Virus record (IMG/VR): IMGVR_UViG_3300032225_000492
Location: 1-25,543 of that record
DNA from: a virus
Taxonomy: Duplodnaviria > Caudoviricetes
DNA length: 25,543 bases
Direction: 5' to 3' (one strand)
The translations under genes were made by a program, and so were the position numbers. The notes beneath the pieces were generated by a model. The model was not told the DNA's origin and searched no databases. It saw only the letters and a list, made by a program, of their open reading frames with translations. This document shows positions 1 through 7,295 of the stretch, piece after piece (within the stretch, counting starts at the first letter, position 1; the number at the start of each line of letters is the position of its first letter).

Positions 1-437
1 GCTTTCATTGCATCGTTAATCAAACCTCTAATACCATCATAATCACCCATATTAAGTAGATCTACTGATGTCATAATGGCTTTTTTCATTTGTTGATTCT
101 TGCAGAAATCGCTAAATTCTTTTTCAACCCATTCCAAATCTGATACGTCAGACATTTTATATGCTTCACGTAGTGAATCTGTAAGTGATATTCTTAATAC
201 TTCGTTATTAATCTTTTTAATTTCGATTGATAGTGTTTCTATTGTAGGGTATGTGTGGTATTGTCCAAAATATTTTATTATATATTCGATTGTCCATTTA
301 TGTGCTTGCGATTCAAAATATTCACTATCTAATGAATCTGCAATATTTAATAGAAAATCTCGTTGTGTTAGTAGTGCGCCTAGTACCTTTACTTGAAACG
401 CGTTGCCATATTGATTAAGCTTTGAGAGAGTTGTCAA
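1..437 (-). CDS. DnaB-like replicative helicase, N-terminal part (runs off the left edge; not in the ORF track)
   Basis: Manual translation from TTG at 437 gives MTTLSKLNQYGNAFQVKVLGALLTQRDFLLNIADSLDSEYFESQAHKW...FCKNQQMKKAIMTSVDLL..., open to position 1. It resembles the N-terminal domain of phage DnaB/gp41-type helicases and follows the exonuclease. ATPase motifs lie outside the window. Confidence 0.7.
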   Translation of the reverse strand, partial: MTTLSKLNQYGNAFQVKVLGALLTQRDFLLNIADSLDSEYFESQAHKWTIEYIIKYFGQYHTYPTIETLSIEIKKINNEVLRISLTDSLREAYKMSDVSDLEWVEKEFSDFCKNQQMKKAIMTSVDLLNMGDYDGIRGLINDAMK

Positions 438-439
438 TG

Positions 440-1462
440 TTATTTAAAATTTAAAGGTGAAAATACTTGATTTAACCAATTTGGTGCATTAGGCACGGAT
501 TCACCTAACTGATCTACAGTATACATTTGCATAAACATATGTGAATTTAATTCATACGGTGCTTTAAAGCTAGATTGTATTTGTTCTATATTAGCGTCTG
601 AAATAGGCATAGTTTGTAAATTCATTAGTTTATCATTAATTATTAGTTGATGTTTACGCTCAACTATCTTACCATATAATGCATGCTCATTAATCTTATA
701 CTCAGATTCAATCACAATGTCTGCTAGTTGTAGTGGTGTATCTGATACTAATGCTGGAAATAATTTAAGTAATTTCTTTGGTCCAAGACCATTTACTCCA
801 GGTAAATTATCACCCGAATCACCCATTAATATTTTATAATTAATAAAATTATAACAACTTACACCATACTCCTCAAATACATCTGCTGGTTTATATATTT
901 TCTTTTTAGTTGGAGAATATACTTTAACCTTATCAGATACTAACTGTAGGAAATCCTGATCAGCAGACATAATAGTTACCTCTTTTGTTGCATCGTATTT
1001 CTGAAATTTACCTACTAGATAGCCAATTGTATCATCCGCCTCAATACCATCAATACAAATAATTGATACTGGTAGACATTGAAGATACTGAATTAATCTT
1101 GCCATCTGATTGTTTATAGATTCTGTCTCTTCATCCTTGCTACTGAATATAGAATAGTTGGTCATACGATTCTTATTTCGATTTGCTTTATATTCGGGAT
1201 ATAAATTTCGTTTATTGTTTGATCCACCTACTCCATCAAATACTATAACCACTTTAGTTGGTTCTAACATTTTTATAGCATAACCAATTGATTTCAAAAA
1301 ACCCGTCAGGCCACCAATGTGATGACCTTCAGGATTAATATGATTGATCATAGTGAATGATCTAAGGAATGTATTCAATCCATCAACAATCAAAATGGAG
1401 TCTGAGACTCCACGTTGATCATTATTGACTTGGGATAGTATGTCTTTATATTTATTCTTCAT
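440..1462 (-). CDS. 5'-3' exonuclease / flap endonuclease (PolI N-terminal domain / T4 RNase H-like)
   Basis: Motifs IVDG, VFDG, YPEYKANR, EADD, SADQDFLQL and GDSGDNLPGVNGLGPK (helix-3-turn-helix) are characteristic of the FEN/5'-3' exonuclease family. Confidence 0.93.
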   Translation of the reverse strand: MKNKYKDILSQVNNDQRGVSDSILIVDGLNTFLRSFTMINHINPEGHHIGGLTGFLKSIGYAIKMLEPTKVVIVFDGVGGSNNKRNLYPEYKANRNKNRMTNYSIFSSKDEETESINNQMARLIQYLQCLPVSIICIDGIEADDTIGYLVGKFQKYDATKEVTIMSADQDFLQLVSDKVKVYSPTKKKIYKPADVFEEYGVSCYNFINYKILMGDSGDNLPGVNGLGPKKLLKLFPALVSDTPLQLADIVIESEYKINEHALYGKIVERKHQLIINDKLMNLQTMPISDANIEQIQSSFKAPYELNSHMFMQMYTVDQLGESVPNAPNWLNQVFSPLNFK

Positions 1463-1709
1463 AATTTGCTGGTTTAGAGTCGATTAGTTTAGCGTACTCG
1501 ATACCCTTACCTGTATAATGCTCTACTATAACACACCATTCAAATTCAATTTCTTTACCTTCTAAATCTAAATCTAATGGTAAGATAGTTTGATATTCAG
1601 GATGTAATGGAAGAAAGTTATAAGCTGGTAAAGGATATGAGTAATCGTTTTGAAATGTATCATATCTTACCATCCATTGATTATCTAGTTTTGTTAATAT
1701 TCCCTTCAT
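1452..1709 (-). CDS. hypothetical protein (~85 aa)
   Basis: ORF fills the gap between recombinase and exonuclease. ATG at 1709, just after the recombinase stop, is a more likely start than TTG at 1721. Confidence 0.6.
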   Translation of the reverse strand: MKGILTKLDNQWMVRYDTFQNDYSYPLPAYNFLPLHPEYQTILPLDLDLEGKEIEFEWCVIVEHYTGKGIEYAKLIDSKPANYEE

Positions 1710-1710
1710 A

Positions 1711-2793
1711 TTATTCTTCAACTTCTACTAGATTTATTTCACCAAAGTTTTCTTTCATTTCATCTTCCTCAACAATATCGAATGAATCAGTACCTAATAT
1801 TGATAACCAATCTTTGGAATGTTCTTTCTTATATATGTCGATTGCTTTCTTATCATCATCAATAAAACCATGTACTGTCATTGTTACTGTACCTTTCGTT
1901 TGTACACCTGTAACGTGATTTTTATCGACTGATATTTTAGTACGCTTAGCAAATTCAACATCCTTACCATCCTTAGTTGCTTTAATCTTACTAGTACCAC
2001 TATTTGATATGTTACCAAATGTTACTACTAAAGACGAATCAAAAAACATTGTGTCGCCACCCTTATTCTTCATCTTAGGTTGTTCCATTGGTGAATTTGG
2101 TTTTGCAACCCATACCTTATTAACTGCTACTAATGTATTAGTGTATGGTTGATTTTCCTTACGTGATAATACAATTTTTTGATTGATAAAGTTACCAAAT
2201 TGCTGAGACATAGCACCTGCATTCCATTCGTTGTTATTTTTATTTGATTCAACAGATAATCTACACGGAATAGATCCTACTGAATCCCATAGGAATAATA
2301 AGTTGAATGGTAATTTACCTTGTGCTTGTTCACTTAGTAGATCAGCTATGAATGCAGCTACATCTTCAATTGTGTTTAGTGAACCTCTATCTACATATAG
2401 GAAGAATCCTTTGTAATCTACAATTTCACCTGTTGTTTCATCAACAACTGGTTCCATTTCAAAACCCATTTGTTGTGCATGCTCCCAATTCCATTTCATC
2501 TCAGTCACAATGAAGATAGGTAATACACCCATCTTTTGTGCTGCTACAGCTGCTTCTAGCATTGCTGTTGTTTTACCCGTATCCGAGTGGCCACGTAATA
2601 GTGTTATGTGGCCCATCGGAATACCAGGCAATGAAATAACATCTTGGAAAGCTTTAGACAGTTGAATCCAGCGTTGTGGCTTGAATTTAACCGATTGATC
2701 TAAAAACTTGCTCTTTTTGAATGAAGACAGATCAAATGTCTTGTTAAGCGAATTGCTTACCACCTCACTCAGTGAGCTCTTACCTTTTGCCAT
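1711..2793 (-). CDS. recA: RecA/UvsX-like recombinase
   Basis: GIPMGHIT followed by Walker A GHSDTGKT, a catalytic Glu region (VTEMK), Walker B LFLWDSVG, a KGG motif and KNHV near the C-terminus. Adjacent to SSB. Confidence 0.88.
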   Translation of the reverse strand: MAKGKSSLSEVVSNSLNKTFDLSSFKKSKFLDQSVKFKPQRWIQLSKAFQDVISLPGIPMGHITLLRGHSDTGKTTAMLEAAVAAQKMGVLPIFIVTEMKWNWEHAQQMGFEMEPVVDETTGEIVDYKGFFLYVDRGSLNTIEDVAAFIADLLSEQAQGKLPFNLLFLWDSVGSIPCRLSVESNKNNNEWNAGAMSQQFGNFINQKIVLSRKENQPYTNTLVAVNKVWVAKPNSPMEQPKMKNKGGDTMFFDSSLVVTFGNISNSGTSKIKATKDGKDVEFAKRTKISVDKNHVTGVQTKGTVTMTVHGFIDDDKKAIDIYKKEHSKDWLSILGTDSFDIVEEDEMKENFGEINLVEVEE

Positions 2794-2810
2794 AAATTTT
2801 GTTTAATTGA

Positions 2811-3644
2811 TTACGAAAATAAATCGTCGAATTTGTCAGACGGACTTGATTTAACTGCTGTTGTATCCAGTTTATACGTTTGTTCTACTGGTTTTTGCAT
2901 TTCAGTTAAGAAATCGTCTTCTTCCTCTTCATCATCTGTTGATTTAGATGCGATTGGAGTTTCAGTATCTTCTTCGCTATCCGGATTTAACCACTTATCC
3001 AATAATTCTTTCAATTCATCGAATGAGTAGTGTTTGTTGATACCGAGAATATCTGGTTGTTCATCTAATGCTTTCTCTACTACTGTAGCGTCTTCAGAGA
3101 TAGGTGTTGTTTTAGGTTTAACACGAATATTACATTTGATACCTTTTCTACCAGCAACTGTGTCTTCAACAGCGTCGATTGTAAAGTCACGTCCATCAGT
3201 GATGTCTGTGAAATCACCATAATCTTCGTCTGCAGCGATACCTAATAATTGCTCATAGATTAATTTACCAAATTCCCATAAGCGAACACCTTGTGCCTCT
3301 TCACCACGTACTAATACTGGAACGAAGTAGCGTAATTTTGGTTCAATTTTCTTAGCTAACTGCCAATCTTCTTTGTCTGCTGACTTGCGAAGATTCTTTG
3401 CAAAATCAGCAATTGGATCTTTTTCATTCCAATTAGTCAATGCTAAAATTGGTCCTTTAGAGAAACCATAATGGAAGTAAACTTCACGAAATGGATTTGA
3501 TTTGTCGAATTTAGATGGTACAATTCGAATTTGATACTTGCCTGGTTTTGGTTTCCAGAAGATCTTTGTGTAGTCGACCTTTTCACGTTTTTGTCCTTTA
3601 GTTTGAGAAGCGGACAACTTCTGCTTGATGAGACTTAAGTCCAT
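2811..3644 (-). CDS. single-stranded DNA-binding protein (T4 gp32-like)
   Basis: FWKP...IRIVP...YFHY, LWEFGK and DFTDITDGRDF segments plus a very acidic C-terminal tail ending DDLFS. Located next to the recombinase. Confidence 0.82.
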   Translation of the reverse strand: MDLSLIKQKLSASQTKGQKREKVDYTKIFWKPKPGKYQIRIVPSKFDKSNPFREVYFHYGFSKGPILALTNWNEKDPIADFAKNLRKSADKEDWQLAKKIEPKLRYFVPVLVRGEEAQGVRLWEFGKLIYEQLLGIAADEDYGDFTDITDGRDFTIDAVEDTVAGRKGIKCNIRVKPKTTPISEDATVVEKALDEQPDILGINKHYSFDELKELLDKWLNPDSEEDTETPIASKSTDDEEEEDDFLTEMQKPVEQTYKLDTTAVKSSPSDKFDDLFS

Positions 3645-3690
3645 GTTTATGTTGTTTTAAGTGAGGTGTTCTATGAACACAATATTAAAG

Positions 3691-3721
3691 TGAATCTATG
3701 ATTCTTATTTTGCCTTTCAAA
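3691..3721 (-). promoter_or_regulatory. Bacteroidota-type promoter upstream of SSB/recombinase operon
   Basis: Minus strand TTTG-N19-TAGATTCA resembles the Bacteroidota -33 TTTG / -7 TAnnTTTG consensus. Confidence 0.5.
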
Positions 3722-3731
3722 ACTAATTTTG

Positions 3732-3753
3732 AGCCTTCTTGCGAAGGCTTTTT
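3732..3753. terminator. stem-loop, probable intrinsic terminator
   Basis: AGCCTTC-TTGC-GAAGGCT (GCAA tetraloop on the minus strand) right after the stop of 3755..4234. The T-run is on the plus side, so orientation is uncertain. Confidence 0.6.
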
Positions 3754-3754
3754 A

Positions 3755-4234
3755 TTAATAATTTCCTGTTTCAGTACTATTTTCTTTATGTCCTAATGCT
3801 TTAGCTAATCCTATAAGTAATCCAGCAACACCAATTGTTGCTGCTAACCCTCCAGCAAATCCGATTCCTGCTTCGTGTCCAACTGCTAAAGGAATTAAGG
3901 GAACAAGTAGTGATTTTACTAAAACTCCACCTATGTCGCTTAAGGCACTTGCTACTTTCTTTTGAGTATCACCTTCAGCTTCACCTAATATTTCATTGAT
4001 CTTAGGTTCAAGTTTATTTATTACATCTTGTGGATTTGAATCCGCTGTTATTCCTAATGAACTTAATGTTTGTTGTAATTGTGCTATTTGTTCATCTGTT
4101 AATTTCTCTACAGAATTTTCTAATTTATCAGCTACTGTATTTTCTATTTTTTCAACAGTTGTTGTTTCTTGATTTTCATTAATCAATCCAGCTAATTGCT
4201 GCATTCTTCTGATTTCGTTAATTTGTTGTTTCAT
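3755..4234 (-). CDS. hypothetical protein with N-terminal INE..RMQQLAGLINE motif and C-terminal hydrophobic hairpin
   Basis: 159-aa ORF with its own upstream motif and downstream hairpin. Two Gly-rich hydrophobic segments near the C-terminus. Confidence 0.75.
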   Translation of the reverse strand: MKQQINEIRRMQQLAGLINENQETTTVEKIENTVADKLENSVEKLTDEQIAQLQQTLSSLGITADSNPQDVINKLEPKINEILGEAEGDTQKKVASALSDIGGVLVKSLLVPLIPLAVGHEAGIGFAGGLAATIGVAGLLIGLAKALGHKENSTETGNY

Positions 4235-4263
4235 GCGTTAAATATAAGTAATGAGTTGTGCTA

Positions 4264-4271
4264 ATAAATAT
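4264..4271 (-). promoter_or_regulatory. ATATTTAT upstream motif (putative late promoter)
   Basis: Exact copy 30 nt upstream of the start at 4234. Confidence 0.55.
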
Positions 4272-4293
4272 ATATCTTTTTAAATAGACTGCG

Positions 4294-4920
4294 TTATTTA
4301 TGTTTACATTTATTAAAGTGAAACCTATCCATTACGGCTCCTTTACCTAACTTATGACAATATGGACACTCTCGTTCAGGTCTAGCCCATTTCATTTTAT
4401 CTGTGTGTACTTTTGGGTGTCTCATATTAAGTTTAGCTGCTTCGCTTTTAGGTTTACGCATTCTTTGTCTGGTTTCTTCAGACTTTGGTTTGCGATGTAA
4501 TATCTTTTGTTCTTCAGTCATCACATATCCTTTACGGCGGCCTACTTTCCATGTTATTTTTCTACCCATCATAGCTTCACTCATCTTTTGTTTAGTTTCA
4601 TCACTGTAATAACCATTGCTTTCACCTAATTTAAGATTTAATCCAGCTTCGGTTAATACATTATAATGTTGACCCCAATATATTTCACGTTCATCTAATT
4701 GTTCAGTATTACATTCTTCTATGACTTCAAATGTATGATTATCACATCCGTATTTTTTAAGAGAATGATATAATTTAGGACCCATAATGGTTTTATATAA
4801 TAATTTATATTGATTCCATCTAAGGGCAATGTTAACTGATTGGCCAATATAGATTTTACCTGAAGGAGATGTGATTTTGTAAATCCCAATTATGGGAGTA
4901 GAGGAGTTGATATTTATCAT
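4294..4920 (-). CDS. GIY-YIG homing endonuclease with NUMOD3-like repeats
   Basis: GIYKITSPSGKIYIGQS, catalytic R (ALRW), E (DEREIYW) and N (GLN). Repeated SDETKQKMS / KSEETRQRM / KSEAAKLNM units and a C-terminal CPYC..H...C. Confidence 0.92.
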   Translation of the reverse strand: MININSSTPIIGIYKITSPSGKIYIGQSVNIALRWNQYKLLYKTIMGPKLYHSLKKYGCDNHTFEVIEECNTEQLDEREIYWGQHYNVLTEAGLNLKLGESNGYYSDETKQKMSEAMMGRKITWKVGRRKGYVMTEEQKILHRKPKSEETRQRMRKPKSEAAKLNMRHPKVHTDKMKWARPERECPYCHKLGKGAVMDRFHFNKCKHK

Positions 4921-4942
4921 CGCAATATATGTTTTAGCGAAT

Positions 4943-4950
4943 ATAAATAT
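4943..4950 (-). promoter_or_regulatory. ATATTTAT upstream motif
   Basis: Exact copy 23 nt upstream of the GIY-YIG start. Confidence 0.55.
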
Positions 4951-4959
4951 TGCTCTCTC

Positions 4960-4984
4960 AAACCTCCTATATGGAGGTTTTTTT
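4960..4984. terminator. stem-loop, probable intrinsic terminator
   Basis: AAACCTCC-TATAT-GGAGGTTT directly after the stop of the 4983 gene. Confidence 0.6.
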
Positions 4985-5405
4985 ATCTATTGAAATCTAC
5001 TATTTTATGGATTGCTGTATCTAGACGACGCAAATCGTTTCCGTTTGTAAGTAATATACAGTTTTTATATTCTTGCCATGGTATTACATATCTTGTATCC
5101 AGTATTCCATTATTTAACGATCTAATAAGAATATTCAGAGCGTTAATAGTATACAAAGAATTGGATTCCTTTTTACGATGCAATAGAATAGTATTAGCCA
5201 TAGGCGATGCCGTCATATTGCCTGTATCAATATTATAAGTACATACTAATTCATCACTTTGTGGTGATTCTAATACAAATATTTTATTAAATAATATTGC
5301 ATATTTACGATTAATCGTCGATACTGTTTCCTCTAAATCTGCTGGTGAGGTAAATGTGCAGAATAATTTGTTCAAGTCAAGAAATTCATTTAGTTGTTCC
5401 ATCAT
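4983..5405 (-). CDS. hypothetical protein immediately downstream of the PolA-like gene (possible true start TTG 5375)
   Basis: 140-aa ORF (NKLFCTF...CTYN...HRKKESNSLYTINALN). The upstream motif overlaps the annotated ATG, which favours the in-frame TTG at 5375. Confidence 0.8.
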   Translation of the reverse strand: MMEQLNEFLDLNKLFCTFTSPADLEETVSTINRKYAILFNKIFVLESPQSDELVCTYNIDTGNMTASPMANTILLHRKKESNSLYTINALNILIRSLNNGILDTRYVIPWQEYKNCILLTNGNDLRRLDTAIHKIVDFNR

Positions 5406-5411
5406 AAATAT
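5404..5411 (-). promoter_or_regulatory. ATATTTAT upstream motif
   Basis: Exact copy, part of the palindrome ATAAATATTTAT at 5404-5415, 29 nt upstream of TTG 5375. Confidence 0.45.
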
Positions 5412-6704
5412 TTATATTTTTTCTAGACCATGATACGTTTTACCCTGCTTAATGTTTATCGGGTAAGGTATCATGTCTTTTAGGGTTAGTAATAGCTCTT
5501 TACCATCTTTCTCAGCATAATCAAATAAGAATGCATCATACGTGTAAAGAACAAGTTTTGTTTGTTTATCTCTTAAATAATTTAATATATTGTCTAACAT
5601 CACTACGTTATTTGATGTTTCATGACTTTGAATAATATAATTTAATAGTTTAGATTGTGTCATATCTTTATCTAATGTAAATATACGATTACGAGTTGCG
5701 TATTGTTTACCATATTGATATTCGTCCCATATGCTGTCTGTTAATGTTACTATATCTTTAAAGAATGGTTGGTTTCTATATTCTTTCCATACACCGCCAT
5801 ATAACTGTTTGAATGTTAATTCTTTAGCTTCTTGAGGTGTTACATTCAATAATTCACTTAATAATTCATATGTGTTTTTATCACCGAAGTTAAAATCAAT
5901 CATATCACCTAGTATACGTGGGTGATAACCCTGAATATCAAACTCAATAAATTTATCATTGGTTGGTCTGTAGCATGAGCGTTCACCATTATTTTTATCT
6001 AATGCAGCAAAATTAATACTATTGTATGTGTTTGATGGTCTACCAGTTAATGTGTACAGATTATATTGGCTATATATTCTACCTTTACTAAGGTTAAGCT
6101 GTGGGTATTGTAAATCTTTACCATAAGCATCAATAAAGCATTGTTTATCTACTTTAATACCATTTGATTCTATAGCGTAAAACACGCGCGTTAAAGGGCC
6201 GTTATTAAACGCATAAACGACGTTATTTGAGCGGTACTGTTGTATTATTGGAAGTACTATATTAAACATTAACTCGCATTCTTCATAGTGTTTACTAATT
6301 GGAATTAGTTTGTTTGTTATTGGATTTGCTGTGTGTTGTCTGTAGTAAAATGTATGACAAGATGTAAATATGCCTGTTAGGTCTGGGTGCTCAATGAAGT
6401 TAATGTCATATAGTTTGTCTGGATATAGAAAGTGATATAGTGCTTCCTTCTTATTTAGTACAAATAAGCGATCTGTATTTCCTAATAGCCAATTAAGTGT
6501 TTCCTGGTATGGTAATGAAAATGATTCGTTGTGATCTAAACATAATATATATCCTTTATGTTGTGTAATATCACGAACATAAATTAAACTTAATGGGCTT
6601 AATTTGGGGTGATAGTTGTCGTTTTGTTGAATGAATTGAACGAAACAATCATTAAACGGACCTAATTTATCTAGTTGTTCTTGTCTCTCTATAATATAAA
6701 ACAT
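5412..6704 (-). CDS. short, divergent family A (PolA-fold) nucleic-acid polymerase
   Basis: IESNGIKVD, TGRPSN (cf. TGRLSS), motif A EFDIQGYHPR, motif B AKELTFKQLYGG, NYIIQS (cf. NAPMQG) and motif C YTYDAFLFD. Only 430 aa. Confidence 0.82.
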   Translation of the reverse strand: MFYIIERQEQLDKLGPFNDCFVQFIQQNDNYHPKLSPLSLIYVRDITQHKGYILCLDHNESFSLPYQETLNWLLGNTDRLFVLNKKEALYHFLYPDKLYDINFIEHPDLTGIFTSCHTFYYRQHTANPITNKLIPISKHYEECELMFNIVLPIIQQYRSNNVVYAFNNGPLTRVFYAIESNGIKVDKQCFIDAYGKDLQYPQLNLSKGRIYSQYNLYTLTGRPSNTYNSINFAALDKNNGERSCYRPTNDKFIEFDIQGYHPRILGDMIDFNFGDKNTYELLSELLNVTPQEAKELTFKQLYGGVWKEYRNQPFFKDIVTLTDSIWDEYQYGKQYATRNRIFTLDKDMTQSKLLNYIIQSHETSNNVVMLDNILNYLRDKQTKLVLYTYDAFLFDYAEKDGKELLLTLKDMIPYPINIKQGKTYHGLEKI

Positions 6705-6723
6705 ATTTCATAACCTTTAAAAC

Positions 6724-6755
6724 TAAATATAATAAACTGATTTTGCCTTTACAAA
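6724..6755 (-). promoter_or_regulatory. Bacteroidota-type promoter upstream of PolA-like gene
   Basis: Minus strand TTTG-N20-TATATTTA. Confidence 0.6.
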
Positions 6756-6757
6756 TT

Positions 6758-7285
6758 TTAAATAATATTTTCGTCTGAGGATGTTTGAATATTATCTATA
6801 TCATGTTGAAGATATGATTTTATTCCTGGCATTTTTTCATTTAGTACATTTAATTCTTTATCAGATAAATCATACTTAAAATTTACTTCTAAGGTTTGGT
6901 AAAGTGGATCAGATTCTACTTGAATAAAATTATTTTTATCTACTTCCTTAATAAGGATAGGATTTACGTTTAGTTTTTTAACAAAATAACGTGTTTTTTG
7001 TTCTCCATTAAATGGAATAGAAATTATTTTAGTATTATTTATTTTTGTACCTGATATTTTGCCGTAAGCGTATGTAGTTGGGTGAGTTAATAAGTTATTA
7101 ACTTTACTTGAATCCATTTTAATTAATTCAGGAGCAGTAGTACTAAATTCTTTACCAGCAAATAATTTTCCATTTAATTCATAATAATATCCTATATACT
7201 CTCTATAAGTACTATTAAATATATACTCTTTACCAGATGTATATTTACTTGTTACTATTTGACTTTGTGGTACTCTTAATCCCAT
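6758..7285 (-). CDS. hypothetical protein, last gene of the baseplate block
   Basis: 175-aa ORF 10 nt downstream of the hub gene. No recognisable motif. Confidence 0.7.
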   Translation of the reverse strand: MGLRVPQSQIVTSKYTSGKEYIFNSTYREYIGYYYELNGKLFAGKEFSTTAPELIKMDSSKVNNLLTHPTTYAYGKISGTKINNTKIISIPFNGEQKTRYFVKKLNVNPILIKEVDKNNFIQVESDPLYQTLEVNFKYDLSDKELNVLNEKMPGIKSYLQHDIDNIQTSSDENII

Positions 7286-7295
7286 ATTATTTTAT

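Noticed and set aside
4235-4982. Group I intron around the GIY-YIG gene
   Set aside because: Flanking genes are complete, and the intergenic spaces (about 60 nt) are too short for a ribozyme core.
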